In this document: in pieces, positions 39,568 through 53,519 of the stretch
How positions within the stretch are numbered: position 1 is the first letter of the stretch
Layout of the letters: each line of letters opens with the position of its first letter
From: Octopus vulgaris
Taxonomy: Eukaryota
Assembly (NCBI GenBank): GCA_951406725.2
Contig: OX597817.1
Coordinates: forward strand, 45,446,001-45,510,000
Length of the DNA: 64,000 bases
Direction of reading: 5' to 3'
Notes under the pieces: model-generated
The model's database searches: none
What the model saw: the letters and a program-made list of their open reading frames with translations, nothing else
Told to the model about the DNA's origin: nothing
Position numbers and translations under genes: made by a program

Positions 39568-40818
39568 TAGATTTCTCTTGAATTGAGGACAATAAACACA
39601 TCCAGGTCCATTAAAACCGAACGTTTGCATTACACAGTAGTCACAGTAATACACGGGACCACGGTGCACTTTTCCTACCTTTGAGTCTAAAATAATCTTT
39701 CATGGGGAAGAAATATTTGTAGGCCATCACTGCTATCGCGTTGAATGTAATGCTTTAACTAGTCGACTTTTCAAATTTAATCTTTTTTCTTTAGCTAAAA
39801 TATCGTTATTTTAGCTAAATGCTCTTTATTCTGTTTTGATTATACTGCCATTCAGCGGAGTGTATCGGTAGTTTTTAATGTCAACATCTGTTTGTGACCT
39901 TTATCTTACAGTCACATGTTCAGAGCAAGCACATTTCATCAAGCCATTATCGCCCTTTGTATCCAGCGCTCACATATAGTTTCAAATGAACAGAAATCTC
40001 CACGGAAACCGAGTTCGGTAGTTTGTCGAACACAATTGCTCATAATTAAAACTGTTAAATTAGTCCTCCTCGATGCCAGGTTCAAATTCAAGAGTAATTG
40101 CATTCTATGATAAAAATTTATATCCCCATCGACACAACATTCGCCTCAGAAGAGCGAGATGAAAAGTTATGGAATACAATTGGGGACACAATTGGCTGTT
40201 AGAATATAAAGAGAAGCAAAAACAGTACCAAAATTGATCGCACAATTTTTGATACAAAATAAGTTGAACAAAGACATTATGAATGCCCTCTTATCTCCAG
40301 ACAAGCTTGTCTTTTTCCTTAATTATTTCAATTTTGGGGAAATTCTTGGTCCTTGAAATTATTTTCCGTTATGTAGAGATGATCTTAACTGCATTTTGCT
40401 TAAATATGACACTCCCTCTCGAGTCGGATATGAATTTAATAAATCAAGAATTTAAATTAAATTATGTTAATTGACATATTTGTATTTGTCTACGATATGC
40501 AAATACATGTCATTGAACAAGTTGAATCATTTCTCTTAGGTTAATAATTGTTCAAAAGGAACAGTATATCTTTATAGGTTCCGTTTAAAGGAAGTTTAAT
40601 AGGTCCCTTGAAAGGGAACCATATACGTTTTAAAAGGTGCCCTATAAGTCACAATCAATATTCTCCGTAAAAACAATTTGAAACCAAGAGCACAACTTAC
40701 CTAGTACAACTTCTTTATAGCTCGCATAACACGTTCTGTACAATAGCTAGACAGCTGTCAAAGCCCGAACACGACAGATGCACCATCCACTAAAGCGTCA
40801 TAAACCACACAGTATACA

Positions 40819-41213
40819 TCTATATATATATAAAGCTGAAGTTGTCTGTGTATGGCAGGTTAGGTAGCCTTCAACTAACACTATCTCCTCCGAGACCCTA
40901 CGCCGCAAGTTGACCAAAATTGAGATTATGATAGAAGAAGGCTTGCTCTTCCTTCCGTACAAGAAAAAACTTCAAATCGGACCAGGTTAACACCAAAAAT
41001 AATTTACATCAAAAAGGTGCTTTTTTTTCTATGAAAATCCCTATTTTTTTACGATTTTTTGACTGCTATGTCGTCATTTTTCAGTGTATTGCAACCAGAA
41101 AAATGTTCACTTAAAGAGAATAACAAGCTACATAATGCAAAATTTTTACAATTCAAAAGTTCCAATTCTAAAGGGTCGAAATAAACCCTGGCAACGCCGG
41201 GCGATACAGCTAG
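40819..41213 (+). mobile_element. Non-autonomous Helitron
   Basis: A|TCtatatatatataaag 5' end; 3' hairpin cctggc-aac-gccggg followed 8 nt later by CTAG|T; inserted between A and T with no TSD. Confidence 0.88.
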
Positions 41214-41670
41214 TCATCTATAAATATACGAACGACAAAGGTGACAGCAATCAAGAGGAAGAAAAAACGTCACTACATGACAAATTAGATGTAACAGTCA
41301 AACACCGATTCACATCTGCAAATGGCAATGTTGTTCATACGACAAGAACATGGGTGTACATCTGTTTGCTGGATGTAATTTCGCGTGAAATCATTGAAAA
41401 CGACAATAATTACAATTATGATTACAGATTATCGCAGGTGTTTCATGGCTGTTTTTGTTATACATCAGCGGCTGATTAGATTTGGATTTTAACGTACCCG
41501 TTCTAGAGATGCTTTTCTGTAGCTTATTTTTTAACATGATGCACTTTTATATTTACACTCTCGATTTATATTTCAGAATTTATCACGATGCCAAGGGATT
41601 GTGTGGAATATAAACTACGTGAAATATTTTAGATAGGAAGGGTCATGAGTAGATTGTTTGTGTTGCATTG

Positions 41671-41710
<40 letters not shown>

Positions 41711-42660
41711 ATTTTGTATAACCTCGCAAGCCCTGGCATGACATTTATATATTTCGATGTCGTTTTGTCATACTCAAAATATCAATGGCTATAAATTCTA
41801 CCTTCATATCTTGTTCTTTCTACTCGAACAGCTTTGTTACATTCTTTCGTGTCATAATTTGGAGTTGCCTGTCGAATGCATATCTTTTTCTTTTAGCTTT
41901 CTTTGTAAAATCCGAGCAGTCCTATTTGACTTGCATGTCAGTTTGGACAAACACGAGTCAAAGTATTACTTCTATGCCCTTGCTAAAAATCGGATTTTCT
42001 GCGCGCTTTTACCAATTATTTTTAGTTCATATATGGAAGCTTCTTCCGACTATTGAGAGGATATAACTACTTATTCGGTCGTGCCTAAAGACATATTCTG
42101 GGTTGCTGGAAATTAAGTATTGACTTGTTTTTATGGTGATTGCATAATCTGAAGTAGGTTTTAGCCTTTATATTTTTCTTTTTCTGATATTTTTTCTCTT
42201 AGCTTTTTATACAGTAATATCCATATGATCCCTTCCTATCATGGAATAAAATTGAATATGGAAACAATTTCGTTGCTATTTATACCTTAGCATATTTATA
42301 AGAAACCTTTCATATTACTTCTCTGCTCAGTTTTATCATATATTCTTTTTTTGTTGGATTCTTCATTCCTAAAACCGTTCCCTCTGTGTTATTATCGTAT
42401 GTATTTATAATCCGTCTACTTTCCTTACGGTTATTCTGGATACGCAATAGCTTGTACATCTCTCATCAAGTACATCTCTCATATTCGGTTATGTCTGTTC
42501 GTCTGTGGAAGACAGTAGTAATACAGAGCTAAGTGGCAGACAAAGAAAAGAAATAGAGAAATCGGTTTTGCGGAAATAGGTTACAATCAGCAGACAGAGA
42601 AAGGAAATAAGGTATACTATACAGACAGAAGTATGTAGAATATATATGGGGCATACGAGG

Positions 42661-43209
42661 AGAAGTCCAGAGAGCAGAAAATGCCATTATATATGGCCTT
42701 CATTGATCTGACAAAGGCATTTGACTCGGTAAGTAGAAAAGGCCTCTTCCTCCTGCTCCAAAAAATCGGATGTCCACCAAAGCTGCTGAGGATCATACTC
42801 TACGGAGAGCTTGCTAGGGGTACTAGGTCTGTGGGAAGACCGTTCTTACGTTACAATGATGTTTGCAAAAGGGACATGGAGGCCTGCAACATCAATATTA
42901 GCAATTGGGAAGCAGTTGCCAGCAACTGTGGAGATTGGCGACGTACCGTTAAAGAGGGGGAATACAAAGGAGTGGAAGAGGGAGAGAGGAGAAATGGAAA
43001 GACAAGAAAAGACGTCAACAAGAAACTATGACATTACAACCAGCCGGGAACAGTCTTCGCTACTTTTGCGGTACCTGCCAGAGGGAGTGTCTGTCCAGGA
43101 TAGGACTGCACAGCCACAGCAGGAAATGTATCAGGACATGAAATGTAAAAGCCGGACTAGACTATTTATGCACAACTCCATTGTCTCCCGAGACAAAAAG
43201 GATGCCAAC
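42661..43209 (+). mobile_element. RTE-clade LINE remnant, 5'-truncated and internally deleted, with 9-bp TSD
   Basis: PLYMAFIDLTKAFDSVSRKGLFLLLQKIGCPPKL fused to LYGELARGTRSVGRPFLRYNDVCKRDM, then CGTCQRECLSRIGLHSH; TSD catacgagg at 42652-42660 and 43210-43218. Confidence 0.93.
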
Positions 43210-43213
43210 CATA

Positions 43214-43410
43214 CGAGGGGGTGCTGAAAAGTTCCTGACCTTAAAAGTATAGAGAACGGCCTGGTTCAGGGCCCAAACTTTCGAATTCTTTTTTAAATTT
43301 TAGCAAAATACAAGGACCGCTGCAATAATTGTGTGAATTTGAAATGGGGATATATTGAATTAAATCATAATTAAGTGATCAAAAGCCAAGACATTTTTAT
43401 CACTCCTTCG
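43214..43410 (+). mobile_element. Mariner-derived MITE
   Basis: TA-cgagggggtgctgaaaagttcctg ... caagacatttttatcactccttcg-TA; residual DRCNNCVNLKWGYIE resembles a mariner C-terminus. Confidence 0.8.
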
Positions 43411-43415
43411 TATTT

Positions 43416-43637
43416 TATTTCTTTATTGCCCACAAAGGGCTAAATACAGAGGGGACAAACAAGGACAGACAAACGGTTTAAGTCGATTATATTGATCCCA
43501 GTGCGTAACTGGTACTTATTTAGTCGACCTCGAAAGGACGAAAGGCAAAGTCGACCTCGGCGGAACTTTAACTCAGAACGTAGCGGCAGGCGAAATACCG
43601 CTAAGCACATTGCCCGGCGTGCTAACGTTTCTGCCAG
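43416..43637 (-). mobile_element. SINE family A
   Basis: Colinear with the other copies. Confidence 0.95.
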
Positions 43638-43952
43638 TATTAGGAAATTTAGTACTTCTTTTCATAAAGTTAGAGGGAAGCAGGCAAGGAGGTAAGCTAG
43701 TGTAGGTGGTGGGGGTCGTGGTGTTACTATTACATAGGTGATGATACAAATGTTTTTCCTAATATCAGCAACTAATTAAAGTTTAAAGGCCTTAATAATT
43801 TACTGTTTGTCGTCTGTACAACAAAGCGCGCAAAGGTTATACTTTGCATTTTTAACGTGAGATGAAAATACGATATATGCATTAATAGGTGAGGGAACAG
43901 AACGATATAGTTGATAGTTAAGACAATATCAGACAGTTAGATCTGTAGATCA

Positions 43953-44015
43953 GGGACGTAAGCACACCAACATCGGTTATCAAGTGAGGTTGGGGGCAAA
44001 CACAGATACACAAAC

Positions 44016-44061
<46 letters not shown>

Positions 44062-44262
44062 TCACACACATATATATATATATATATACATACATGTATA
44101 CGATGAGCTTCTTTCAGTTTCCGTCTACCAAATCCACTCACAAGTCTTTGGTCAGCCCGAGGTTATAGTAGAAGACACTTGCCCAAGGTGCCACGTAGTG
44201 GGACTGAACCCGGACCCATGTGGTTCATAAGCAATCTACATACACACAGCCACTCCTACGCC
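43953..44262 (-). mobile_element. SINE family B, 3'-truncated
   Basis: Well-preserved head and gacacttgcccaaggtgccac. Confidence 0.92.
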
Positions 44263-44732
44263 ACTCTGTCGAACAGATTTTATCAGATGTGCAATGAATT
44301 CGGCTCTCAATGAAGTCTTTCGTTAATATTAATCTAATGGTTTTCTTTGCAGAGAAATAATTTGAGGTTTCCGTTACCATTTATGTGAAATATAAGAAGT
44401 AAAGTGGTAGGTGGTGTTGGAATGATGGAGGGCTAAAATTTCCTCCTTGGAGAAGATGTCTCATCAGCTTTCTCATTTAACATTTAAATTGGTAGGTGAA
44501 ACTAAAGAGATAAAAGGTTCAGTGTTGTGAACCTTTGGAAATGTCGACAGAAAGTACAAACTGATGCTGTGCGATAAGACCACTCTTCCTGGGTAACGGA
44601 GTTTGGTTCCATGAAACAGGGAATGAAATTCCTCCTGGTGTATAAAGATAATGTGAAAAGGTGTGATGTAATCCGTCGACATTCTGTGGTTGCATTTAAT
44701 TTGGTTTAAATGTTCTGATGGTTATCCATAAT

Positions 44733-45326
44733 AATCCTTTCTACTAAAGACACAAAGCCTCACATCTGCGGAGATGGGACCACTTGATTATATCGACCCC
44801 TTTGTTTTTACTAATACTTAATTTATAGACTCCGAACGATTGAAAAGCAAAGTCAACCTCGGCGGAACTGGAACTCAAACTCATAGACGGGCAAAAGAAC
44901 TTTAAGCATTTCCAGTGTGATAACGATTCTTATTTCTTTGCTGGCCATAAGCGGCTACACACAGAGGGGACTAACAAGGACAGACAAACGGACTAAGTCG
45001 ATTATATGGACCCCAGTGAGTAATCGACCCCGAAAGGATGAAAGGCAAAGTCGACCTCGACAGAATGTGAACTCAGAACGTAGCAACATACGTAATATCT
45101 ATTTCTTTATTACCCACAAAGGGCTAAACACAGAGAGGACAAATAAGGATAGGCAAACGGATTAAGTCGATTACATCGACCCCAGTACGTAACTTGTACT
45201 TAATTTATCGACTCCGAAAGAATGAAAGGCAAAGTCGACCTTGGCGGGATTTGAACTCAAAACGTAGCGACAGACGAAACACCTCCAAGCATATTGCACG
45301 GCGTGCTAACGATTCTTCCAGCTCAC
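44733..45326 (-). mobile_element. SINE family A tandem trimer (45326-45099, 45098-44926, 44925-44733)
   Basis: Three successive aaagtc(g/a)acct cores; the last unit has tail A2. Confidence 0.85.
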
Positions 45327-45397
45327 TGTCTTTGGTTATTCTAACAATATTTGTAGCGTTATACATAATTGTGCTTTTTTACTCGAAGTAATTATTA

Positions 45398-45600
45398 TTG
45401 GCAGAATAGTTTGCAATTAGGGCAAATGCTTACTAGTATTTCTTCCCACTGTATATTCAGATTTCAAATTCAGCCGAGGTTGTCACTGTATTTCGTCTTT
45501 CCTGGGACAATAAATTTAAGTAACAGTTGAGCACTAGACTAAATCTAATGGACTAACTCTTCCTCACCAAATTACTGGTTTTGTGCGAAAATTTAAAACA
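45398..45600 (+). mobile_element. Old, degenerate SINE family A copy
   Basis: tggcagaatagtt...ttcaaattcagccgaggt...aagtaacagttgagcact. Confidence 0.6.
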
Positions 45601-46635
45601 ATATTTTGCAGAATCCTGAGTGAGCAGGAAGCTTAACATTTTCTTTCCGGAAGCAAAAGTTTGAAAACATTATTTTCACTTAGGCTTTGAACTCGCAAAA
45701 TTTTTTACTCCCCTCTTCTTATGATATAAGTTTCTTTTGTTATTTAACTGTACTCTCTTCAAACTATAATTCGATTGTTACTAGCGCTAGCAAGATAGGT
45801 TATTATGTTAATTTACAACAAAGTTACGTGTTCTAATAAGCATTATTCTGTAACTATGACAAAGGCTCAGGGAAATAGGTTCTGTTTTATGAGTGGAAAT
45901 AACGCAACAATTAATGTATAAATTAACCACTACACAATTATGTTTCAGTGAGATAGGCCGGCATTTGGAGGGGCACCAGATGGCAGGATGATCTGTTTAT
46001 CGATTACACTACAGGTAACCTGCTAATCCTTATTTTATTCCGTATTTACTTCAGGATGTGTATTTGCAGAAATTTTCTCAGATAAACGTTCAGTATCTAA
46101 GAATGAACTTCTCATTTCTGTTCGTTGTTTTTTTTTTTTTTTTTGTTTTTATATTTTAAAATATGCACTCTTCCATGTATTACATGAACGAAACATCTAC
46201 TCAGACGTCCTTGATCCTATAATATTTACTCAAAAACCTTTCCCTTCCTTTTTGTTTCCTTTATATTTAATCTAAAATATATCTATTGCATTCAGCTTTA
46301 AGACTTGCTTGAATAAGTTAGAATCGATTACGTTTTAAATTCCTTTTGTTCGATCGTTTATCGTTCATTATCGATGTGTGCAACAATTCATATTGCTTTC
46401 ACAGAAATATTGTTGAACAAATTTGAGCAAATTACATTTAGAAGTTATTTCTTGTGCACTATATTTACAAGTACATTTCAGATATAAGATTACTACAGCG
46501 TCTGAAATTCATGTTCTCTCTGTGTATATTTCTAGATCTATTCACACAAACAGACACACTACACACACATATAGGTACCTGCATAACAATATATATATTC
46601 AACACCATTCAAACATACACACTCACACACACGCA

Positions 46636-46695
<60 letters not shown>

Positions 46696-47465
46696 GACGC
46701 ACATAAGCATATTATTACAAGTATATACATTATGTATCTAATAAGCACAAAGACAACTGTATCTGTAAGGCAATTAAACAGTAGTAGAATTATTATTTTC
46801 ACTTATCATGCAATTGTAATATTATACACACACGTGTGTGTATGTGGCCAATGTGTGTTTCATAAGTGCATTGACAGTATATGTCTGTATAACAATTAAA
46901 CAAGCGTACAATTATCGGTTTCGCATATGCAATTATGAAAGTAAATGTTTGAATTTTAAGTCTATTTTGGACTATAATTATCTTTTTAGATTAGTTCGAT
47001 AACAATAAAATGTTTTCCACAAAATTGTCTGTGTATGTATCACGTTTAAAATATAGGACGCCTGCCTTTATGATCATAGGCAATCATTATAAATAACATC
47101 GATAATGGTAAACACATTTTGTTTTCCATTGATGAGCTTTGGGCTAGGTTTGCTTTAATATATTGTTCTCATTCATTAAAAGTAATATATAATACATATA
47201 GTAGTAAATGTGTATGTATAGGTACATGTGATAGCGTAATATACCTCAGAAGCTTCCACGTGAACTATATAACTGTCATATAGGGAGGAATAATTCTAGC
47301 ATTTGTTTCTTTCTTACAAATTTGCACATTTCGTATACGCAATGTATTACTCATTTGGTAACAATTCTTCAAGATTTAGGTTCGAAAGTTACATATAATA
47401 TATGATGCAAAAATATAGCAAAATACAATATATATACGTACACGCACAAATGTACATACATACAT

Positions 47466-47628
47466 GAGTCGCCATTGTTAGCCACTACACACATTTTTTC
47501 TCCTTGTTTCTCTCCTAGATTTTTCTCTGTCCCTTTCTGTAGAAGAGCGTAGGCTCGAAACGAAAAATACTTTTTCTTTTCCTGAGCGTACATACATCCA
47601 TGCACACATAGTAATATAGATACATAGA

Positions 47629-47691
<63 letters not shown>

Positions 47692-47830
47692 ATGGATATA
47701 TGTATTTGAAAATCATACAAAGACAAAGGACGAAGACAGGTGTAAGAACAACAAACAGGTGTATTAGTTTGATGCTCCGGAAATTGAAAAAAGTATTTTA
47801 TATTTCGAGCCTACATTCTACAACAAAAAT
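47466..47830. mobile_element. Two convergent copies of the CUGUNGA hammerhead subfamily (47466-47590 +, 47703-47830 -) around a (TA)n array
   Basis: cttt-CTGTAGA-AGAGCGTAGGCTCGAAACG at 47533-47562; tttcgagcctac at 47803-47814. Confidence 0.75.
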
Positions 47831-48509
47831 GAATGTGAGAAAATACACCTTGCAGGTGTATATTTTATACTTGAGGTGACCACTGAGCAAACGATGTGTG
47901 TCTGATCGAATAGGCAAGTCTCTGGGTCTTTTATGTTACATATTGCAGTAGGCGCCTAAGTTGTGACCAAACTGTAATAATGTATTTCATGTTGAGACAG
48001 CAGCCCTAAAAAGCATTCAGTCAACGTCCATTAAAAATGTTGTTATACCTATGGCTGTCCGGGAAATGCTTATCAATCGAGGTAAGGTATTTTCTACTTA
48101 CATTTTCATAAACATTGAAAGAGAAAAATGGGCGTTGAAAGACTGGCGTTAAACCAAACAACATTTCCATTTCTAATTTTAAGTGTCCTATTTTTTAAGT
48201 GTCGGTGTGTAAGCTATTTTGTTTCCGAAACCAATGTTACCCAAGGCGTTATTATTGTAGGGAGCTGCCTTATTGAAAATGTCCTTTCAGAAGCGAAGAC
48301 TTGATATCCTATCAATCATATTTGATATAAGATTTTCAAGGTTTATAGAGATGTGATAAGACTTTATGTAGATACGTCAGTTTTTCATTATATTCGGAAG
48401 CGCACAAGTTTAGGTTTAGTAAAGCCTCTACCCAACAAAAAGAATTGAATCTAGAGAAGATTCTTGCTACTGCCACATTGAGCTCTAATTTTCTAGAGTT
48501 AGATACCTT

Positions 48510-48750
48510 TTTCTCTCTTTTCTTTTCTTGTTTCAGTCATTGGATTGCGGCCATGCTGGTGCATCGACTTGAAAAATCGTTAGTCGAATGTATCCCCCAC
48601 CACTACGTATTTTTGTTGAAGTCTTCTGTTTATTCTATAAGTCTCTTTTGCCGAACCCCTAATTTAGGAGAACATGCTGATACCGATATATATATATATG
48701 ATCAGTTAATTTTAGTTTCTGTCATCCAAATCCATACACAAGGCTTTGTG
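48510..48750 (-). mobile_element. SINE family B, degenerate
   Basis: cttgtttcagtcattggattgcggccatgctgg...tctcttttgccgaac. Confidence 0.7.
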
Positions 48751-49433
48751 ATTCACTTTAGTGATTCACTAAATGATCCATACATTTTTTATGGAAAATA
48801 CATATACTCTGACGATAGATTAAGCCCGGAAATAGTCGAACGATCAGTTTCAACTAATAGCGTAAGAAAATAGTCGAAACTGAAACGTTCAGTACAGCGC
48901 ATTCTTGACTCGGTGGTTTTAGGGGAATACAACCTCTGTGAGTATATTTGTATAAAATTATGGGCTTTTACTATAGCATTAGTTAATCTTAAACCCTTAT
49001 TTCCAGCAGTGTAGGTCTCTTGATGCTTTTAGACGCATTTAGTGACAATTATAATTTCCCTGGCTGTTTATAGTAATTTATGCACACACACACACACACG
49101 TACACAGACATGTAATCATTAAACTTTGTTTAAATCTGAACTCATACGTTCAAATTATTTATTATTTAGAAACAGAGATCTCAAGATTTTCTGCGATTTT
49201 TTGTTGACCATGTTCACTTTCAGAATGATCCAAAATACGGCCTCTTTAAAATTCGGACAGTTCTAAGGTTTCTTTTGTGGGTGGCTTGATTAAATAGTCA
49301 CATATTGAACCTAAAACATTAAAAAATGTCAGTTAATGAAAAATATAAATCTTTAAAAGTACGAACAAACATAAACCGATGCCTGATGCGGTGTCTATTT
49401 ACCTTTGTCTTGTCTATTTATATATACTTGTGT

Positions 49434-49480
<47 letters not shown>

Positions 49481-50084
49481 TTGTGTCTGTGTATGTACGT
49501 ATATATCTTACGTAGAACCACACATGCACATACATATGAAATCATGTTTTTGTATGTAGAAGAAATATGTAGACAAGTAGAGTGAGAGTGAGAGAGAAAG
49601 ATGGAGAGAGGGTGTGTGTGAGAGATAGAGATAAATAGTGAGGGGGGAAAGAGAGAGAAAGAGAAAGAGAGAATGAAATGTTAATTGATATAACAGATGC
49701 AAGGATGTCAAAAACCTAAATTGTTCTCTCTGATTATTAATGGATTTTTGCACGGTTACCGAAGTAAAAGAACTAATTCAGTGAAGTGTGTCTATTCATA
49801 GATCCATGCCATAATTAAGAAATCGTAGGATCGGAGACCACTTAAGACTGTGATGCAACCGAGTGGAAGAGGAGTTAATTCAAGATGAGTACTTTCGAGA
49901 TTCTGAAAGGATAATTGATAAGTGAACAAAGGGAGATAATTGATATGGAGAACAAGAAAATAAAACTGATACGGATCAATAGGAATGAAGACAGGAAACA
50001 TAGTTTCCAAGAATCCCTAAATATCGTTTTGTATAATGCTTCTTGATATTATCTTCATATATATGTAAAATGTCAAACAACCTC

Positions 50085-50258
50085 ATAGGTGTAGTAGTGG
50101 CTGTGAGGTAAGTAGCTTGCTTACGAACCACATGGTTCCGGGTTCAGTCCCACTGCGTGGCAACTTGGGCAAATGTTTTCTACTATAGCCTCGGGCCGAC
50201 CAAAGCATTGTGAGTGGATTTAGTAGACAGAAACTGAAAGAAGCCCGTCGTATATATG

Positions 50259-50295
<37 letters not shown>

Positions 50296-50503
50296 CTGTG
50301 CTTGGCCCCCAATATTGCTTGACAACCGATGCTGGTGTGTTTACGTCCCCGTAACTTAGCGGTTCGGCAAAAGAGGTCGAATATAATAAGTACTATGCTT
50401 ATAATGAGACCTGGAGTCGATTTGCTTGACCAAAGTCAGTGCTCCAGCATGGCTACAGTCAACTGAATGAAGCAAGTTAAAGAGTAAAAGAGAATAAAAG
50501 AGT
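50085..50503 (+). mobile_element. SINE family B, full length
   Basis: tRNA-like head tggctgtgaggtaagtagc..gggttcagtccc, cttgggcaa motif, internal TA/TG array, aagagtaaaagag tail. Confidence 0.95.
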
Positions 50504-51274
50504 ATAAGCTCATTTTTGACCTGTTAGTGCCGGCTTGCCATTTTCTGATAAACACATCCCAGGACACTATTACTTCAAGAATCCTTGTCGTTTGTGGATT
50601 CAAATGTAATTGTTTATAGCCGAATCGATGTTGATTATTTGTTCCGTCATCAGTCTCCCTAAAACAAAGTGCTAAATATCGACGGAGCATGCACCAGACG
50701 TTATTCCGCTGCAAATTTTGCGTATAAACAAAGCATATACACAATGTACTTGCGACCGATTACGTTTACCTTTGTAGGTCTACTTGCTGTTAGTAATTCC
50801 TTGTCCTACACATGTGCTACGCCACAGCACATCAGCAAATTATCTTCACACTATTTGCATATGTCATAGGCCAGCGGTTCACTTCATTATGAGATGATCC
50901 GAATACATAGTATAGATAAACCACAATTGTGGCAAATCTACCAGTCTCGGCGATTCGGAAGTGAGTTGTCTCGTCATGTTTGTGGCATTCAGGTTTTCTT
51001 TAAGATCCAATGTCATCTCGGAAGCTTTACCCAAACGCTTTCTCGGAAAATTTGGTTTATAAATAAATCACACACACTGTACGTGCGACCGATTATGCTT
51101 ACATTACTATAGAAGCTTTTAATTGGTAAAATATACATATATGTACAAGAAACACTCATATTTTATATATTTTACAATATCGCGACATATCTCACATCTA
51201 CTTCCTTTCCTCCACCTCACTCTCTATTTTGTATCTTATCTAAATTAACTATTACCTAAGCATCATTTCACACC

Positions 51275-51322
51275 GTCTCCGATGAAGGAATATAATAGAT
51301 ATCCTGGAAACAGCTGTAAAAC
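51275..51322 (+). ncRNA. Type-I hammerhead-like motif (second family) in a TA-flanked element (about 51143-51385)
   Basis: GTCT-CCGATGA-AGGA(A)TAT..ATATCCT-G-GAAA-CAGCTG-TA-AAAC; palindromic stem III ACAGCTGT, GUA triplet; U4 is C and stem I has one mismatch. Confidence 0.6.
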
Positions 51323-51419
51323 CTATCTATTAATGTTCTAAAATCTACACAGCCTTGGTTCTTTTTATCTCATTACGAAAAAACATATATACATATATAT
51401 ATATATATATATAAATATA

Positions 51420-51534
51420 TTGGCCTGCTCGCTTAACCATCGGGGTGGCGTCATTTGAAGGCTAAAACAATGCCACGCGCATTGTGACCAGCGATGTGTA
51501 GCAACATCTGATAGCCTGGTCGGTCACGGTGATA
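51420..51534 (+). mobile_element. Solo SINE tail T3 in (TA)n
   Basis: Matches the reverse complement of 9071-9193. Confidence 0.85.
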
Positions 51535-51565
<31 letters not shown>

Positions 51566-52475
51566 ACACACAAGATCTTTTATCATGGAGGAGAAAATAC
51601 ACTTAAATCACTTCCCAAATACTAGAATCTCACAGTCTGCGTAAATGGCGCAACTATCTGATTTATACATGTTTAACCCTTCCTTCTACAGCGAGAAATT
51701 TTTTTAAAGACAAAACACAGCGAATGGCTTGCGTGGGTTCGAAAGTGCCACAAGCATATTTAATCTGGTAATAGCATTGCATTTATACACATCACAACTT
51801 AGCGCTCTCCCTCCGGAATTTCTGTGTATAGTAGATGACATTTCTGTGTATATTACTTCACATGAATGCAAATTAAATTGCCGCATTCATTTTACCCGTT
51901 CATACATAATTTGCACTTGTGGCAACTAATGAGGCAAACGGGCTTAAATTGTTATGACTGCTTCTACTTACTTGAATAAATCCGAGAAATTATGAATAAT
52001 ACTGGTTGATCAGTAGTTCAACGGATTAGCATAGTACATCCGTTCTATTGCCATTTGATATAATTATGCAAAACTTAAGATAATGAAAAACTGCATAATT
52101 TTTCAGGAATAACAAAGAGCTGTGTAATGTATGCTTGGAGTTTGGAGTCATTGGAACTGTATAATGGTGTAAGTTGCCACAGCGACTTGCAGTTCATTGG
52201 TTTGTACACGCTTCTTAGAGCTATTAATATATGTAATTATTAATATAGTATTGCACATCGGTGTAGCTGATTTATAAGAATATATTTCGCATCGCACTTA
52301 TTACAATGAAATTTTCATATCTGCGTGCAGTTGCGAGTTGTTTCATATGATTTCAAATATGGATGTATGGGTGTATGTACGGACGTATGGATGTATATGT
52401 AACAATATATAAATGTATATGTGTATATATCTATCTATCTGTCTATTTATCTATCTCTCTATCTCTCTCTCTATG

Positions 52476-52526
<51 letters not shown>

Positions 52527-52613
52527 TTATATATACATATATATATATATACACATATATATGCATATCTATATATACATATATATACATATATATATAT
52601 ATACATACATATG

Positions 52614-52654
<41 letters not shown>

Positions 52655-52970
52655 TTACATACATACATACATACATACATATATACATATATATATACTT
52701 ACATATACTCATATGTGAACACATGTACATATGAAGTGTGTGTTTTGTGAGTGTCGTTACGCCGATGAACACATATGTACCTGTTGCACTTCAATATTGT
52801 TAATTAAATAATTAATTAATTAAGTAATTGATTAAATAGTTTGTCAAAACATTTCGCTATAAACTGCCCCATGCAATTATTCAACTGGCAAATATTGTTA
52901 CCTGGTTTACGTTTGCTATTTTGGTTGCGTTGCTGTTATTCTCATTATATACATGGTCATTAACAGACTC

Positions 52971-53067
<97 letters not shown>

Positions 53068-53112
53068 CACATATATATGCATATATACATATCTACATCT
53101 ATCTCTCTCTCT

Positions 53113-53154
<42 letters not shown>

Positions 53155-53519
53155 GAACCAATTCCGTATGGTTTTTATTCATTAGCAATATGTCAATTAA
53201 TTAATTAACACTGGATAAATGAACTATAACCACTGCATGTTATAGGTAATATATCTTAGCAGCGTATATAAATATATGTAAATATATGCCAGCGTGTATT
53301 TATACACTTGTGCATATATATATTTATATATATATATATATATATGTGCGTGTGTGTGTGTCAATGTGTGTGTGTTTAAATAAGTGTATGATATGAATTA
53401 TGTGTTTGATATGGAGGAGGTATCTGTCACTTCTGTTCAATCCCTGCTTTTCTCTATATCTCCTCACACCTTTCTCTCTCAATTCTTTCTGTCGATCAAA
53501 TCCACCCTGGTACTATAAA

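Noticed and set aside
50510-51030. Possible decayed Gypsy gag on the minus strand (RLVDLPQLWF, CMLRRYLAL, PQTTRIL)
   Set aside because: Similarity is too fragmentary to support without a frameshift-aware search
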